Below, piece by piece: positions 25,880 through 35,398 of a stretch of 64,000 nt of DNA (the stretch's first letter is position 1; every line of letters begins with the position of its first letter). A program made the position numbers and the translations under genes. The DNA lies in NCBI GenBank assembly GCA_965223545.1, contig OZ245006.1, positions 1,760,001-1,824,000 on the forward strand. Direction: 5' to 3'. This DNA is from Planctomycetota bacterium. GTDB taxonomy: Bacteria > Planctomycetota > UBA1135 > UBA2386. Below the pieces are notes generated by a model, which saw nothing but the letters and a program-made list of their open reading frames with translations, was not told the origin of the DNA and did no database searches.

Positions 25880-27541
25880 ATGGTTCCCTCGACGACCGAG
25901 CATCAGCTCGACGAAGCGACCTCTGCCCGACTCGAACGTATCTGGAAGAAGGCCTACGCCGCCTCCACTCGCGACGACTTGCTCCGTCTCTACGAGGAAT
26001 GGGCAGAGACGTACGACGAAGACCACCAAGCGATCGGTTTCTTCGGCCATCGAACCGCCTCTCGCGCGCTGGCGAAGTACACCCCGTTCGCCGAGGTAGC
26101 CAGCGTCCTCGATGCAGGCTGCGGAACGGGGGCCGCGGGCGAAGCGCTTTGGCCGCACGGCTTTCGCAACCTCACCGGAGTCGACCTGTCCAAGGAGATG
26201 CTGGCGCGGGCCAAGGACAAGGGCATCTACCGGCACCTCGCTCAGGCCGACCTCGGGCAGCCCCTGGATCCGTTCCCGTGCAACCACTTCGACGCGGCCG
26301 TCTTGGTCGGGGTGTTCTCCTTCGGCCAGGCTCCGGCGCACACCCTCGACGAGATCGTTCGGCTGGTGAAGCCCGGAGGGGTCATCACCTTCACGATGCG
26401 CGTCGACTTCTTCGAACAGGACGCGATGTCCGTGCGCAGCAAGATGGAGGAGCTGGACCAGGCTCACGCGTGGAAGCTCCTCGAGATCACCGAGCCGGAG
26501 CAGTACCTGCCGAAGAAGGACCCTCGGGCCTTGTTTCGGGTCTGGTGCTATCGGGTCCTGGAGACGAAGACTCCGCCGGTGGACGAGGCCTTTGCCGCGG
26601 CGGTGCGCGAGGCCTTCATGGCGAATTCTCCAGTCAAGCGCATCGACCACGCATTCATCTGGAACTCGGTCGGCTCGCGCTTGTACGACCGCTACACCGA
26701 GTGCCCGGACTACTACCTGACCGACGCGGAAGTCGAGATCCTCGCGGAGAACGCGGCGGAGATCCTCGACGATGGGCGGCTGCTCGTCGAGCTCGGATGC
26801 GGCTCGGCAAAGAAGATCTCGCGCCTGCTCGACGCCGCGGTCGCCGATGGCTCGGGAGCGGGCTTCACCTACACGCCCGTCGATGTGTCGCAGGGTGCTC
26901 TCGACGCCACCAAAGCCGAGATCGATGCCCGATTCGAAGGCCGCGTGGACGTTGCGCCCCGGTGCGGCCGCTTCGACGAAGTGCTCGCCAGCGTCCCCGT
27001 TCAGCAAGACAAGCTGATCGTGTTCTTCGGCGGTTCCATCGGCAATCTCGAGACCCCCGAGGAGACGGTCACGTTCCTCGAGAGCATCCGCGACCGGATG
27101 ACGACCGCCGACCGATTCGTGGTCGGCATCGATCTACACAAGGACGACGAGGTGTTTCGCGCCGCCTACGAGGCCGGCCCGCGCAATCGCTCGTTCTTCC
27201 TCAACATGATTCGCCGGATCAACCGCGAGCTCGGCGCGAACTTCGACCTGGCAGCCTTCCGTCAACGCTCTCCGTACGAGGCGGACCCTCCGTTCCGCGG
27301 CCTCGAGACTCGTTGCGTCCAGCTTCGCCTGGCCACCGAGCGGCCACAGGATGTATACATTTCTTCGATGCACATGGAGGTGCACCTCGACGAGGGCGAC
27401 TCGGTGCAAGTCGGGACGTCGCGAAAGTTCCGGGTCGAGGACATCGAGCGCCTCGGAGCGCTCGCGGGCCTCGAGCTGAAGCGGCAGTGGTTCGACAGCA
27501 GGCGCTTCTTCTCGCTCAACGAGTTCGTTCGCAACGCCTGA
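25880..27541 (+). CDS. Fusion of a class I SAM methyltransferase and an EgtD-like (Methyltransf_33) domain
   Basis: N-domain YEEWAETYD...VLDAGCGTG...GVDLSKEML; C-domain GSRLY...DYYLTDAEVEIL...LVELGCGSAKK...PVDVS...GGSIGNL...GIDLHKD...RINRELGANFD...SRKF. Confidence 0.9.
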   Translation: MVPSTTEHQLDEATSARLERIWKKAYAASTRDDLLRLYEEWAETYDEDHQAIGFFGHRTASRALAKYTPFAEVASVLDAGCGTGAAGEALWPHGFRNLTGVDLSKEMLARAKDKGIYRHLAQADLGQPLDPFPCNHFDAAVLVGVFSFGQAPAHTLDEIVRLVKPGGVITFTMRVDFFEQDAMSVRSKMEELDQAHAWKLLEITEPEQYLPKKDPRALFRVWCYRVLETKTPPVDEAFAAAVREAFMANSPVKRIDHAFIWNSVGSRLYDRYTECPDYYLTDAEVEILAENAAEILDDGRLLVELGCGSAKKISRLLDAAVADGSGAGFTYTPVDVSQGALDATKAEIDARFEGRVDVAPRCGRFDEVLASVPVQQDKLIVFFGGSIGNLETPEETVTFLESIRDRMTTADRFVVGIDLHKDDEVFRAAYEAGPRNRSFFLNMIRRINRELGANFDLAAFRQRSPYEADPPFRGLETRCVQLRLATERPQDVYISSMHMEVHLDEGDSVQVGTSRKFRVEDIERLGALAGLELKRQWFDSRRFFSLNEFVRNA

Positions 27542-27630
27542 TCTGGAGGCCAGGCCATGCCAGACTGGACACACCGGAGTCGCCAGATCGAGGACGCCTG
27601 CCGAGAACCCCAGCCGCACCCCGTGTCGTC

Positions 27631-28383
27631 GTGATCGAGTTTCGCGGAGTCAGCAAGCTCTTTCCGGACTCGCGCGGCGGCCAGATCACCGCGGTGTGTG
27701 ACCTGGATCTCGTCGTGCGGGATGGCGAGACGCACTGCCTCATCGGCACCAGCGGCTGCGGCAAGACGACGACGCTGCGCATGGTGAACCGCCTCGAGGA
27801 GCCGACATCCGGCAGACTCCTGGTCGGCGGCGACGATACGACCGGACTCGACGTCTATGAGCTGCGCCGCAGGATCGGCTACGTCATCCAGACCGGCGGT
27901 CTGTTCCCGCACATGACCGTCGCCAAGAACGTCGGCATCATGTGCGAGCTGTCCGGTTGGGCCGCCGAGGACACCGAGAGACGCGTGACCGAGCTGCTCC
28001 GCCTCGTGAATCTCCCGGCGGACGAGTTCGCCACGCGCTATCCGGGCGAGCTGTCCGGTGGTCAGCGCCAGCGCGTCGGTGTCGCACGCGCGCTCGCACT
28101 CGACCCCGACTACGTGCTCATGGACGAGCCGTTCGGTGCGCTCGACCCGATCACGCGGGCCCAGCTTCACGACGAGCTCAAGCCGCTCATCGCGCAGCAG
28201 CACAAGACCGTGCTCCTCGTGACGCACGATCTCGGCGAGGCCTTCAAGCTCGCTGACCGGGTCTCGATCATGGATCGGGGCACGCTGATCCAGACCGGCA
28301 CGGAGGCGGAGCTCACTGCCAATCCCGCGAACGCCTTCGTCGCCGATTTCCTCGCCAGCCACGTTGTCGGGGGAACTCGTTGA
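27631..28383 (+). CDS. Osmoprotectant (OpuA/ProV/OsmV-type) ABC transporter ATP-binding subunit
   Basis: GTSGCGKTT, RRRIGYVIQ, YPGELSGGQRQRVGVARAL, LMDEPFGALDPITR. Confidence 0.93.
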   Translation: MIEFRGVSKLFPDSRGGQITAVCDLDLVVRDGETHCLIGTSGCGKTTTLRMVNRLEEPTSGRLLVGGDDTTGLDVYELRRRIGYVIQTGGLFPHMTVAKNVGIMCELSGWAAEDTERRVTELLRLVNLPADEFATRYPGELSGGQRQRVGVARALALDPDYVLMDEPFGALDPITRAQLHDELKPLIAQQHKTVLLVTHDLGEAFKLADRVSIMDRGTLIQTGTEAELTANPANAFVADFLASHVVGGTR

Positions 28384-29975
28384 TCAGCTTGGCAAGGTTG
28401 CTGTGCACCGGCCTCGCCGCGCTGTCGCTGGCGCTCAGTGCGAATGGCCAGACGGCCAAGATCGTCGTCGGCGCGAAGAACTTCACCGAGTCGGGCATCC
28501 TCGCCGAGCTCATGGCCCAGATGCTCGAGGCTCACACGGACCTGACGGTGGAACGGCGCATCAACCTCGGCGGAACGATGATCTGCTGGGGTGCGCTGCG
28601 CGAGGGCGAGATCGACATCTACGCGGATTACACCGGCACGGGCTGGGCCATCGTCTTGAAAGAGCCGGGCAAGATCACCGACCCCTTGCGCACGTTCTTC
28701 CACGTCCAGCAGCGCTACCTGGAGGAATACCAGATCCACTGGCTCAAGCCGTTCGGGCTGAACAACACCTACGCGCTCGCCATGGCGGAGACCAAGGCGG
28801 CAGAGCTCGGTATCGAGCGCATCTCGGACCTGCGATCGCACCAGAGCAAGATCCGCTCCGGCTTCAGCATCGAGTTCGGCAACCGCGAAGACGGCTATCC
28901 CGGACTGTCCAGGGCCTACGGGCTCGACCTGAAGCCGGCAACGCTGGAGCACGGTCTGGCATACCAGGCCATCCAGTCCGGCTCGATCGACCTGATGGAC
29001 GCCTACAGCACCGACGGCAAGCTACTGCGCTTCAGGCTTCGCGTGCTCGAGGACGACCGCGAGTTCTTCCCACCGTACAACGCCGCGCCGCTCGTGCGTG
29101 CGGACACGCTGAGAGCACATCCCGAGATCGGGCGCGTCCTTTCTCGGCTGGCGTTCCGCGTGCCGGACCACAAGGCGCAGGCGCTGAACTACGTCGTCGA
29201 GGCCAAGGGGGAGCAGCTCTCGGCTGCGGCCCGGGCTTTCCTCGAAATGGAAGAGCTGGTCGAGGGCGAGCGGGAAGATGCCAGGTCTGCCCGCGCTGCG
29301 CTCGTCGAAGTGCTGGCAGAGCGCCCCGAGCCCGGGGAGTCAACAGCGTCCAGGGCGGTCCAGACTGGCAAGCTGCTGCGTCTCCTGCTCGAGCACCTCG
29401 CCTTGACTCTCGTCTCGGTGCTGCTGGCCGCGCTCTTGGCAGTTCCCCTCGGCATCATGATCACGAAGCGGACGCGCCTGCGCCAAATAGCGCTCGGTGC
29501 TGCCGGGGTGGTGCAGACGATCCCGAGCCTCGCGCTCTTGGCGTTCATGATCCCGCTGTTCGGTCTCGACGTGAAAGCGGCGATCGCCGCGCTGTTCCTC
29601 TACGCGATCCTGCCGATCCTCAGGAACACCTACACCGGCATCACGGAGGTCGATCCGGACCTTGTCGATGCCGCGCGCGGCATGGGCATGCGCCCGAGCC
29701 AGATCCTGACTCGAGTGCAGCTCCCGCTCGCGATGCGCACGATCATGGCTGGAATCCGCACGTCGACGGTGATCAGCATCGGCGTCGCGACCCTGGCCGC
29801 GTTCATCGGTGCCGGGGGCCTCGGCGAACCAATCGTCGAAGGCCTCTACCTGAACGACACGACCCTGATCCTGGCAGGTGCCGTGCCCGCAGCACTGCTC
29901 GCGGTTGTCGCCGACGTCGGCCTGGGTCGCCTCGAGCTCGTGTTGCAGCCACGCACGCAAAGCGCACCCACGTAA
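28380..29975 (+). CDS. Betaine-type ABC transporter: substrate-binding domain fused to permease
   Basis: GAKNFTES, GLNNTYAL, DAYSTDG, FFPPYNA; QTIPSLALL, DAARGMGM, GAGGLG. Confidence 0.92.
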   Translation: MISLARLLCTGLAALSLALSANGQTAKIVVGAKNFTESGILAELMAQMLEAHTDLTVERRINLGGTMICWGALREGEIDIYADYTGTGWAIVLKEPGKITDPLRTFFHVQQRYLEEYQIHWLKPFGLNNTYALAMAETKAAELGIERISDLRSHQSKIRSGFSIEFGNREDGYPGLSRAYGLDLKPATLEHGLAYQAIQSGSIDLMDAYSTDGKLLRFRLRVLEDDREFFPPYNAAPLVRADTLRAHPEIGRVLSRLAFRVPDHKAQALNYVVEAKGEQLSAAARAFLEMEELVEGEREDARSARAALVEVLAERPEPGESTASRAVQTGKLLRLLLEHLALTLVSVLLAALLAVPLGIMITKRTRLRQIALGAAGVVQTIPSLALLAFMIPLFGLDVKAAIAALFLYAILPILRNTYTGITEVDPDLVDAARGMGMRPSQILTRVQLPLAMRTIMAGIRTSTVISIGVATLAAFIGAGGLGEPIVEGLYLNDTTLILAGAVPAALLAVVADVGLGRLELVLQPRTQSAPT

Positions 29976-30025
29976 CGAGGCACGCAGAAGCGCGGTAGCG
30001 CGTGGAGCTCCGGTGATGCGATGGA

Positions 30026-30116
30026 CTCAGCGCGGCCACAGCCGCAACCGAACTCGGATGCCGCTCTCGCCGGAGCAGCTTGAAAGGCCAGACACATCCG
30101 CCGCCGCGCTGAGCCC
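30026..30116. repeat. Palindromic intergenic repeat, copy 2
   Basis: CTCAGCGCGGCC-ACA-GCCGCAACC ... GCCGCGCTGAGCCC; same orientation and similar length as copy 1. Confidence 0.7.
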
Positions 30117-30226
30117 GTTTGCCGACGACGAGGCGCGGCGCCAGGCCGGGGTCAAGGTGCTCGCTCGCAGCACCTGACGAGAAAGCGTGGTGCACGGGCG
30201 GCCGGAACGACGCCTAGGAGTTCGAA

Positions 30227-31501
30227 ATGACGATTCCCTTCGCCGTGCGACGGGTGGTCGCTGCAGTTGCGTTCACCCCCGCGTTGCTGAGCCAAGAACC
30301 GCCGGCCGCGCGCAAGCAAGAGAACGAGGCCGCACACGAGCGGATCCACATCGGACACCGCCGCGAACTGCAGTCCGAGATCCTCGGCGAGACCAGGAAG
30401 CTCATGATCTCGCTACCGCACGGCTACGAAGAGAGCGAGCAGCAGTACGGCATCGTGTACTTGCTCGATGGCGGCTGGTTGTTCGCCACGGCGGTCGCGG
30501 CGGTGCGGCACAACGCGCAAGTGCACATACCGCTGATCGTCGTCGGCATCGAGAACACGGATCGCACCCGAGATCTGTCGCCGCCCGCTACCAAGAGCTG
30601 TGGCACAGAGGCGATGTTCGAGACCGCCGGGGGAGCGGCGGACTTCCGTCATTTCCTCGTCGAGGACCTGCGACCGTTCCTTCGCGAGAACTACCGCACG
30701 ACGGACCTCAGCATCTTGATCGGCCATTCGCTCGGCGGCTTGTTCGTGTTCGACACGCTCGTGCACCAGCCCGATTCGTTCTCGGCGTACTTCTGCATGA
30801 GCCCGAGTCTGTGGTGGGATGACGAGGCGCTCGTCGAGCAGCTCGAAGACCTCGAGTCGGACCATCCGATGTTCGGCCCGTTCGCGCACTTTTCGGTCGG
30901 TGACGAGGGCGGCACGATGAACCTTCCGCTCGAGCGGGTGGTCTGGCACTACAAGGACCGCGCGCCGAGCGACTGCCGCTGGCACGTGGCCCGCTTTCCC
31001 GGCATGGACCACTGTCCGGTCGCGAGTCCGTCGCTCTACGACGGGTTGATGGCGTTCTTCGAGCCGCTCCGTATGGTCTTCGAAGATTCGGCGATCACGT
31101 CGTTTGCCGAGCTGCAAGCGCGCTACGACCAACTGGAGAAGGAGTACGGTACCGAGCTGAAGCCGACCGGCGATGTGATCGCGCGAACCGCACTGCGCAT
31201 CGCGAGGAACGGGCAAGTGGAGAATGCGCTCGCGTTTCTCGATGCCGCGAAAGCACTCGGCACGAATCCGACTGAGCTCGCCTTGACGCGCGGGGGCGTC
31301 CTGGCCCATGCCGGTCGCTTCGACGAAGCGATCCGTTGTTTGGAGGCCGCGGCCGAGAAGCAGAAAGAGGAGGGAGACTTCTTCGCCAGCCTGATCAAGG
31401 GCGCGATCCAGGAAGTGAAAAAGCAGCAGGCCGAGAAACAGCAGGCCGAGAAGAAGCCGGAGACGGACTCCCGATCGGCGGACGGGAGAAAGTGGCCGTA
31501 G
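30227..31501 (+). CDS. Secreted alpha/beta hydrolase (IroE/BesA-like esterase) with C-terminal TPR
   Basis: VYLLDG, DRTRDLSP, GHSLGG, SPSLWWD. Confidence 0.9.
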   Translation: MTIPFAVRRVVAAVAFTPALLSQEPPAARKQENEAAHERIHIGHRRELQSEILGETRKLMISLPHGYEESEQQYGIVYLLDGGWLFATAVAAVRHNAQVHIPLIVVGIENTDRTRDLSPPATKSCGTEAMFETAGGAADFRHFLVEDLRPFLRENYRTTDLSILIGHSLGGLFVFDTLVHQPDSFSAYFCMSPSLWWDDEALVEQLEDLESDHPMFGPFAHFSVGDEGGTMNLPLERVVWHYKDRAPSDCRWHVARFPGMDHCPVASPSLYDGLMAFFEPLRMVFEDSAITSFAELQARYDQLEKEYGTELKPTGDVIARTALRIARNGQVENALAFLDAAKALGTNPTELALTRGGVLAHAGRFDEAIRCLEAAAEKQKEEGDFFASLIKGAIQEVKKQQAEKQQAEKKPETDSRSADGRKWP

Positions 31502-31503
31502 CG

Positions 31504-31860
31504 ATGCGGCGTCCGCATGCCACGTCGAACTGGTCTCGTCCCGGGCTTCCCATGTCCCTCACCCTGCTCGGGGTGCTGGTCGACACCGCACCGTTTGCGG
31601 CGCAGCAACGAGCACAAGGGGCGATTCGCCGTCGCAATTCCGACCGTGAGGGCTGTAGGGAGCCGCCCGCCGACGTTCCACCACCTCCAGCGAACTGGCA
31701 AGCGCCGTTCGCGGCGATGGCGGAGTCCGGCGAGCTGATCTGGCGCACGATCGACGAGCTGCACCGAGCGGTTCAGGAGTTCCTCGGCCCGGTGCTCGAG
31801 GAGGGCGAGACTGGTGTCGTCTGGAGTCCGGCGGAATGGCGCTGGGGCGGAGGAATGTAA
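31504..31860 (+). pseudogene. C-terminal remnant of an AbiEii-like nucleotidyltransferase
   Basis: PPPPANWQAPF...WRTIDELHRAVQEFLGPVL...WSPAEWRW; catalytic N-terminus absent. Confidence 0.55.
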
Positions 31861-31864
31861 GATA

Positions 31865-32010
31865 TCCGCCCTCCCCCATGAGACCTGCTGGACGATGCCG
31901 CGCGCCGCTTCCGCGGGAGACGCGGGGGCAAGTCGGTCGCACGCAGCCATACCACGCCAACCTCGGCCACCGTTGCTCCGACAACGGACTCGCAGACACC
32001 ACTGCCGCGA
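31865..32010 (+). pseudogene. 5' remnant of an ETCWT-type ECF sigma factor
   Basis: ETCWTMPRAASAGDAGA resembles ETCWTLIRAAADGDDAQ at 25250; then frameshifted LGHRCSDNGLAD. Confidence 0.6.
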
Positions 32011-32022
32011 CCGACCGCCTGA

Positions 32023-34365
32023 TCAACGGCGCGCGCGACCAGCCTTCAGCTCACCGAGCACTCTGCGTAGCGCCTTGCAGTAAGCGGCCTCGCGGCTAAA
32101 CAGGCTCCGGAGCTTCCGCAACTGCAGCACGAAAGGTCGCCCCTGACGCAGCGTCGTGTGCGAAACCGGTAGTTCGTGCATTTCAAGCACACCGTGGATG
32201 TGTCTGCGCCGTTCCTTGTTGAGCGACCAGTCGAGCCCTTGCTTTGACGATCGGAGGAAGCGCACCAACTCGGCGCAGTCGCCACAGGTGCAGCCGAGCG
32301 GGTGCTCGATGGACCAGTCGTTCGGGTCGCGGGCTGGTTTCGACAGGACCTCCCCGAGCTCGTCGACGACACCGCCATAGAGTGCGGTCTCGACGAGGAG
32401 CGCGCGGAGCTCCGGCGCCTGAGCGATGCCCTGACGAATCACGGCCAGGCGGAGCAGCATCGGGAAGCCAGGCTCTTGTGTAGCAAGGCTGTCCGTCGCG
32501 GTCGCGAGAAGCTCGTGGTCACGGAGGCGCGCAGCGGCGGCAAGCACCTGCGCCACGTTCCCGGCTTCGCTCGCAAACGCCGTGAGGTCGAGCCAGGCGG
32601 TTCGCCGTTCGCGCGCGGCGATGCAGCGCTCGTGGGCCCTGGCGATCTCGCGGTCGAGCAGCCACGCCGCCAGCCCCGGCCCCGCCGGCTCCCCGCCCGC
32701 GCAGAGTTCCTCGCAGACATCGGCGAGCCATGGAAGCCACTCCGGCGAGCCCCGCCACCCCTCGCGCTCGGTCCAAGCCGCGAACAAGGTCCCGGCCCAA
32801 TCCTCGCCGTGCGTGCCGACCAGCCGGGCCAGCGCACGGCGCACGGCCGCGGTGCCGAGACGTTCCATGCCGACCGGACGAACGAAGTCGGCGGCCAGCT
32901 CGGAGTCTTCGAGCCTCTCCGCGACCTTCATCAGCTTGGCGAACAAGCGCGGCTTCTCGTCGCGCAATGCATGGCTGGTCCAACTCGGCACGAGGGTCCT
33001 GACTTTCGCCTCGAGCTCCGCCGTGGCGCTCCGCGGATGCGCCGCCAGCGTGTCGACGGCCCAGGTCGGCGAGGCCTTCGCGTGCAACAAGAACGCCTTC
33101 TGCCGTGGCCACATCACCAGCGCCGCCCGGTGGTACCACCGCTCCTCGGTGTTGCCGTAGTTGCCCTGATAGCCCTCGTACTGGCTCTCGAACGGGTCCA
33201 TGTCCTTCGACGGCAGGGTGAAGCAGAGTTCTGTTGCATCGACGCGGCTGTGCGCAGACTTCTCGATCTCGCCATCGCGGTCGATCCAGTGGTGCAGCTC
33301 GATGCTGTCGTCGATCAGGTCTTCGAGCGTATGCTCGCCGCCTTCGACTTCTCGATACTCGCGTCCCCAGTAGCCGACTGGCTCGAACTCGGGCGAGCAG
33401 TCCCAGACCTCATGGACGTCGGCCAGCGTGAGGAAGCACTCGCAGTCGAGCTGATCCGCCACCTGGCACAACGCGCTGATGCGCACCCGATCCGCGCCCT
33501 TGAGCCGACCCCACGAGAGACTGCGCTTGCTGTACTCGTGATCGAGAAGGTAGACGAGGCGCTCGGGTGGCTGCGCTGCCTGGCTCGACCAACTCTTCTC
33601 GACCGGCGTCTCGAAATGCGCGCGCACGTGGGCCGCGAGCGTCTCGACGGCGGTCTTGCGTACGGCTGGCAACGCAACCCCACGCGACTCCCTGAGGTGC
33701 AGGTGGTAGGTCAGCACAACGCGGTGGCCACTCTTCAACGGCGCGATCTCGTGTCGACAGTCAGCGTAGAACGCGATGAGCGAGAGCTCACTCGCCTGGC
33801 TCTTCAAGCGGTGCAGGCTCTTGCTCTCGCCCTTGTGCTCGACGCGCAGGGTGCCGCCCGTGTATCGCGACGGGAGCACGACGAGCAAGGTGCCCACCAT
33901 GGCGTCGTCCCGCTCCGAGTCCTGGTGGCTCTTGAAGAACTGCCCGCGCTCGTAGAGCAGCATCTTGTCGAACACGGGTTCGAGGACACACCCCTCGGGC
34001 AAGCCGAGTTCGCGTCGAACCCTGTCGAGTTCGGCTGCGAGCGTCGCCTTCCAACCGCGCGCGGCGATCTTGACCCGGCTCTTTGCGATCTCCCAGGTGT
34101 TGCGCACGGCGCTGTCGTGGAGCGTCTGGTCCTGCCAGCCAAATGGCGCCGGGCGGGCCACCCGGCGCAGTTCTTCGGCCTGCGCCGCCGTGACCGGTAG
34201 ACGCAGCTTGCCGACGCCGCGGACCTCGATGCTCAGATCGGTTGCCGGCGCGCTGCCTCGGGTGACGAAGCTCCCCGAGCCTCCGGATCCGAGTCGAGCA
34301 AGCTGTTCGGAGACGAGGTCGAGCGAAGCAGCGGAAAACGCAGGGCCAGGATCTCCAAAATTCAT
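32023..34365 (-). CDS. Large 2OG-Fe(II) oxygenase domain protein
   Basis: KMLLYERGQFFKSHQDSE (HxD) ... FYADCRHEIAPLKSGHRVVLTY (H, R); YEGYQGNYGN..ERWYHRAA. Confidence 0.88.
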   Translation of the reverse strand: MNFGDPGPAFSAASLDLVSEQLARLGSGGSGSFVTRGSAPATDLSIEVRGVGKLRLPVTAAQAEELRRVARPAPFGWQDQTLHDSAVRNTWEIAKSRVKIAARGWKATLAAELDRVRRELGLPEGCVLEPVFDKMLLYERGQFFKSHQDSERDDAMVGTLLVVLPSRYTGGTLRVEHKGESKSLHRLKSQASELSLIAFYADCRHEIAPLKSGHRVVLTYHLHLRESRGVALPAVRKTAVETLAAHVRAHFETPVEKSWSSQAAQPPERLVYLLDHEYSKRSLSWGRLKGADRVRISALCQVADQLDCECFLTLADVHEVWDCSPEFEPVGYWGREYREVEGGEHTLEDLIDDSIELHHWIDRDGEIEKSAHSRVDATELCFTLPSKDMDPFESQYEGYQGNYGNTEERWYHRAALVMWPRQKAFLLHAKASPTWAVDTLAAHPRSATAELEAKVRTLVPSWTSHALRDEKPRLFAKLMKVAERLEDSELAADFVRPVGMERLGTAAVRRALARLVGTHGEDWAGTLFAAWTEREGWRGSPEWLPWLADVCEELCAGGEPAGPGLAAWLLDREIARAHERCIAARERRTAWLDLTAFASEAGNVAQVLAAAARLRDHELLATATDSLATQEPGFPMLLRLAVIRQGIAQAPELRALLVETALYGGVVDELGEVLSKPARDPNDWSIEHPLGCTCGDCAELVRFLRSSKQGLDWSLNKERRRHIHGVLEMHELPVSHTTLRQGRPFVLQLRKLRSLFSREAAYCKALRRVLGELKAGRARR

Positions 34366-34375
34366 CGCGAGCCGA

Positions 34376-34666
34376 TCAGCCTTCCTCCGGGTCCATCCCC
34401 GGCATCGGCCGGACATGGATCGGTCGCGGCATCCGTGCTCGGATGGCCTCATCCCGTCTGCGCTCGCGATCGTCCCTGGCCGTCTCAGCGCTCGCCAAGG
34501 CCGCGGCGCGTGCTTCGGGGCGCACACTTCGAATCACCAGAGCGCCGTCTTCGATCTCGACCTCGACAACCTGAGTCCCGGTCTCGGCGACCCCGATCTT
34601 CGACATCAAACTGCGGTCGAAGATGATCCGCGAGCCCAATCCAACTTGATCTACGAGCACGTACAT
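34376..34666 (-). CDS. AbrB/MazE-like DNA-binding protein
   Basis: GAGGTG RBS; QVGLGSRIIFDRSLMSKIG...VEVEIEDGALVIRSV. Confidence 0.6.
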   Translation of the reverse strand: MYVLVDQVGLGSRIIFDRSLMSKIGVAETGTQVVEVEIEDGALVIRSVRPEARAAALASAETARDDRERRRDEAIRARMPRPIHVRPMPGMDPEEG

Positions 34667-34783
34667 GAACACCTCGTGGTCCGAGTCCAGCCCGGGTGAC
34701 ACCCAGCATGGCGTCGGCCGAACCGAAGACCAACCTCGCCGCGATTCTTTGTCCTGGCACCCCCGCACCCACGACTCGTCCAA

Positions 34784-35287
34784 TCAGAGCAGATCGCCCG
34801 ACGGGTCTGCGAAGCGCAGTGAGAACTGCCAGCCCTCGTGCATCGACGCGAGCCTCTCGATGTCCTCCAAGGTGAGAGGACTGCCGTCGACGACGAACAC
34901 GATTCCGCCGGCCTCTTCCGACCAGCCAATGTGTCCGGCGAGACCGTCGTGAAGCATGGTCAGATCGGCGCCCTGCGCCGGCGACACGAGGTGTCGCGTG
35001 GCCAGGGCACGGCGCATCTTGTTGCGGAGTTCGCCGAGCGCGAGGTAGGGGCAGGTGCTGTCGAACGCGCTGAACTCGTAGCCATTCTCGTTCTCGGATT
35101 CCTCCTGGGCGCGCAGCGAGAACCCGAGCCCCACGCGGTGCAGCTCGATCGTGAAGCGGCGCGGTGTTCCGGAATGGTCGTGGACGGTCTCGACGATCGG
35201 GAAGTCCTGGTCGGGGTCATCCGAGGGCTCGTCGCGACCCTCGGAAAAGAAGCGGCCGTTGAACCTCTTGCTCTGGAAGGGGGTCAC
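34784..35287 (-). CDS. Conserved hypothetical protein (DUF7713-like C-terminus)
   Basis: GYEFS...KMRRALATRHL...GHIGW...VVDG..LT......MHEGWQFSLRF; start approximate. Confidence 0.65.
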   Translation of the reverse strand: MTPFQSKRFNGRFFSEGRDEPSDDPDQDFPIVETVHDHSGTPRRFTIELHRVGLGFSLRAQEESENENGYEFSAFDSTCPYLALGELRNKMRRALATRHLVSPAQGADLTMLHDGLAGHIGWSEEAGGIVFVVDGSPLTLEDIERLASMHEGWQFSLRFADPSGDLL

Positions 35288-35398
35288 ATCGACCCGTTTC
35301 GGGATCAGGCGGATCGCGGCCCTTAGACGTGACCGCAGATTGTAACTGTTCCGGCAACCACGTCTGCAAACGCTCGAGTCGTTCGCCACGATGCGGCC

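Noticed and set aside
25880..29975. Ergothioneine or selenoneine biosynthesis cluster
   Set aside because: No egtB/senA-type sulfoxide synthase here, His-binding residues look altered, and the FGE-domain gene at 55504 lacks the DinB part
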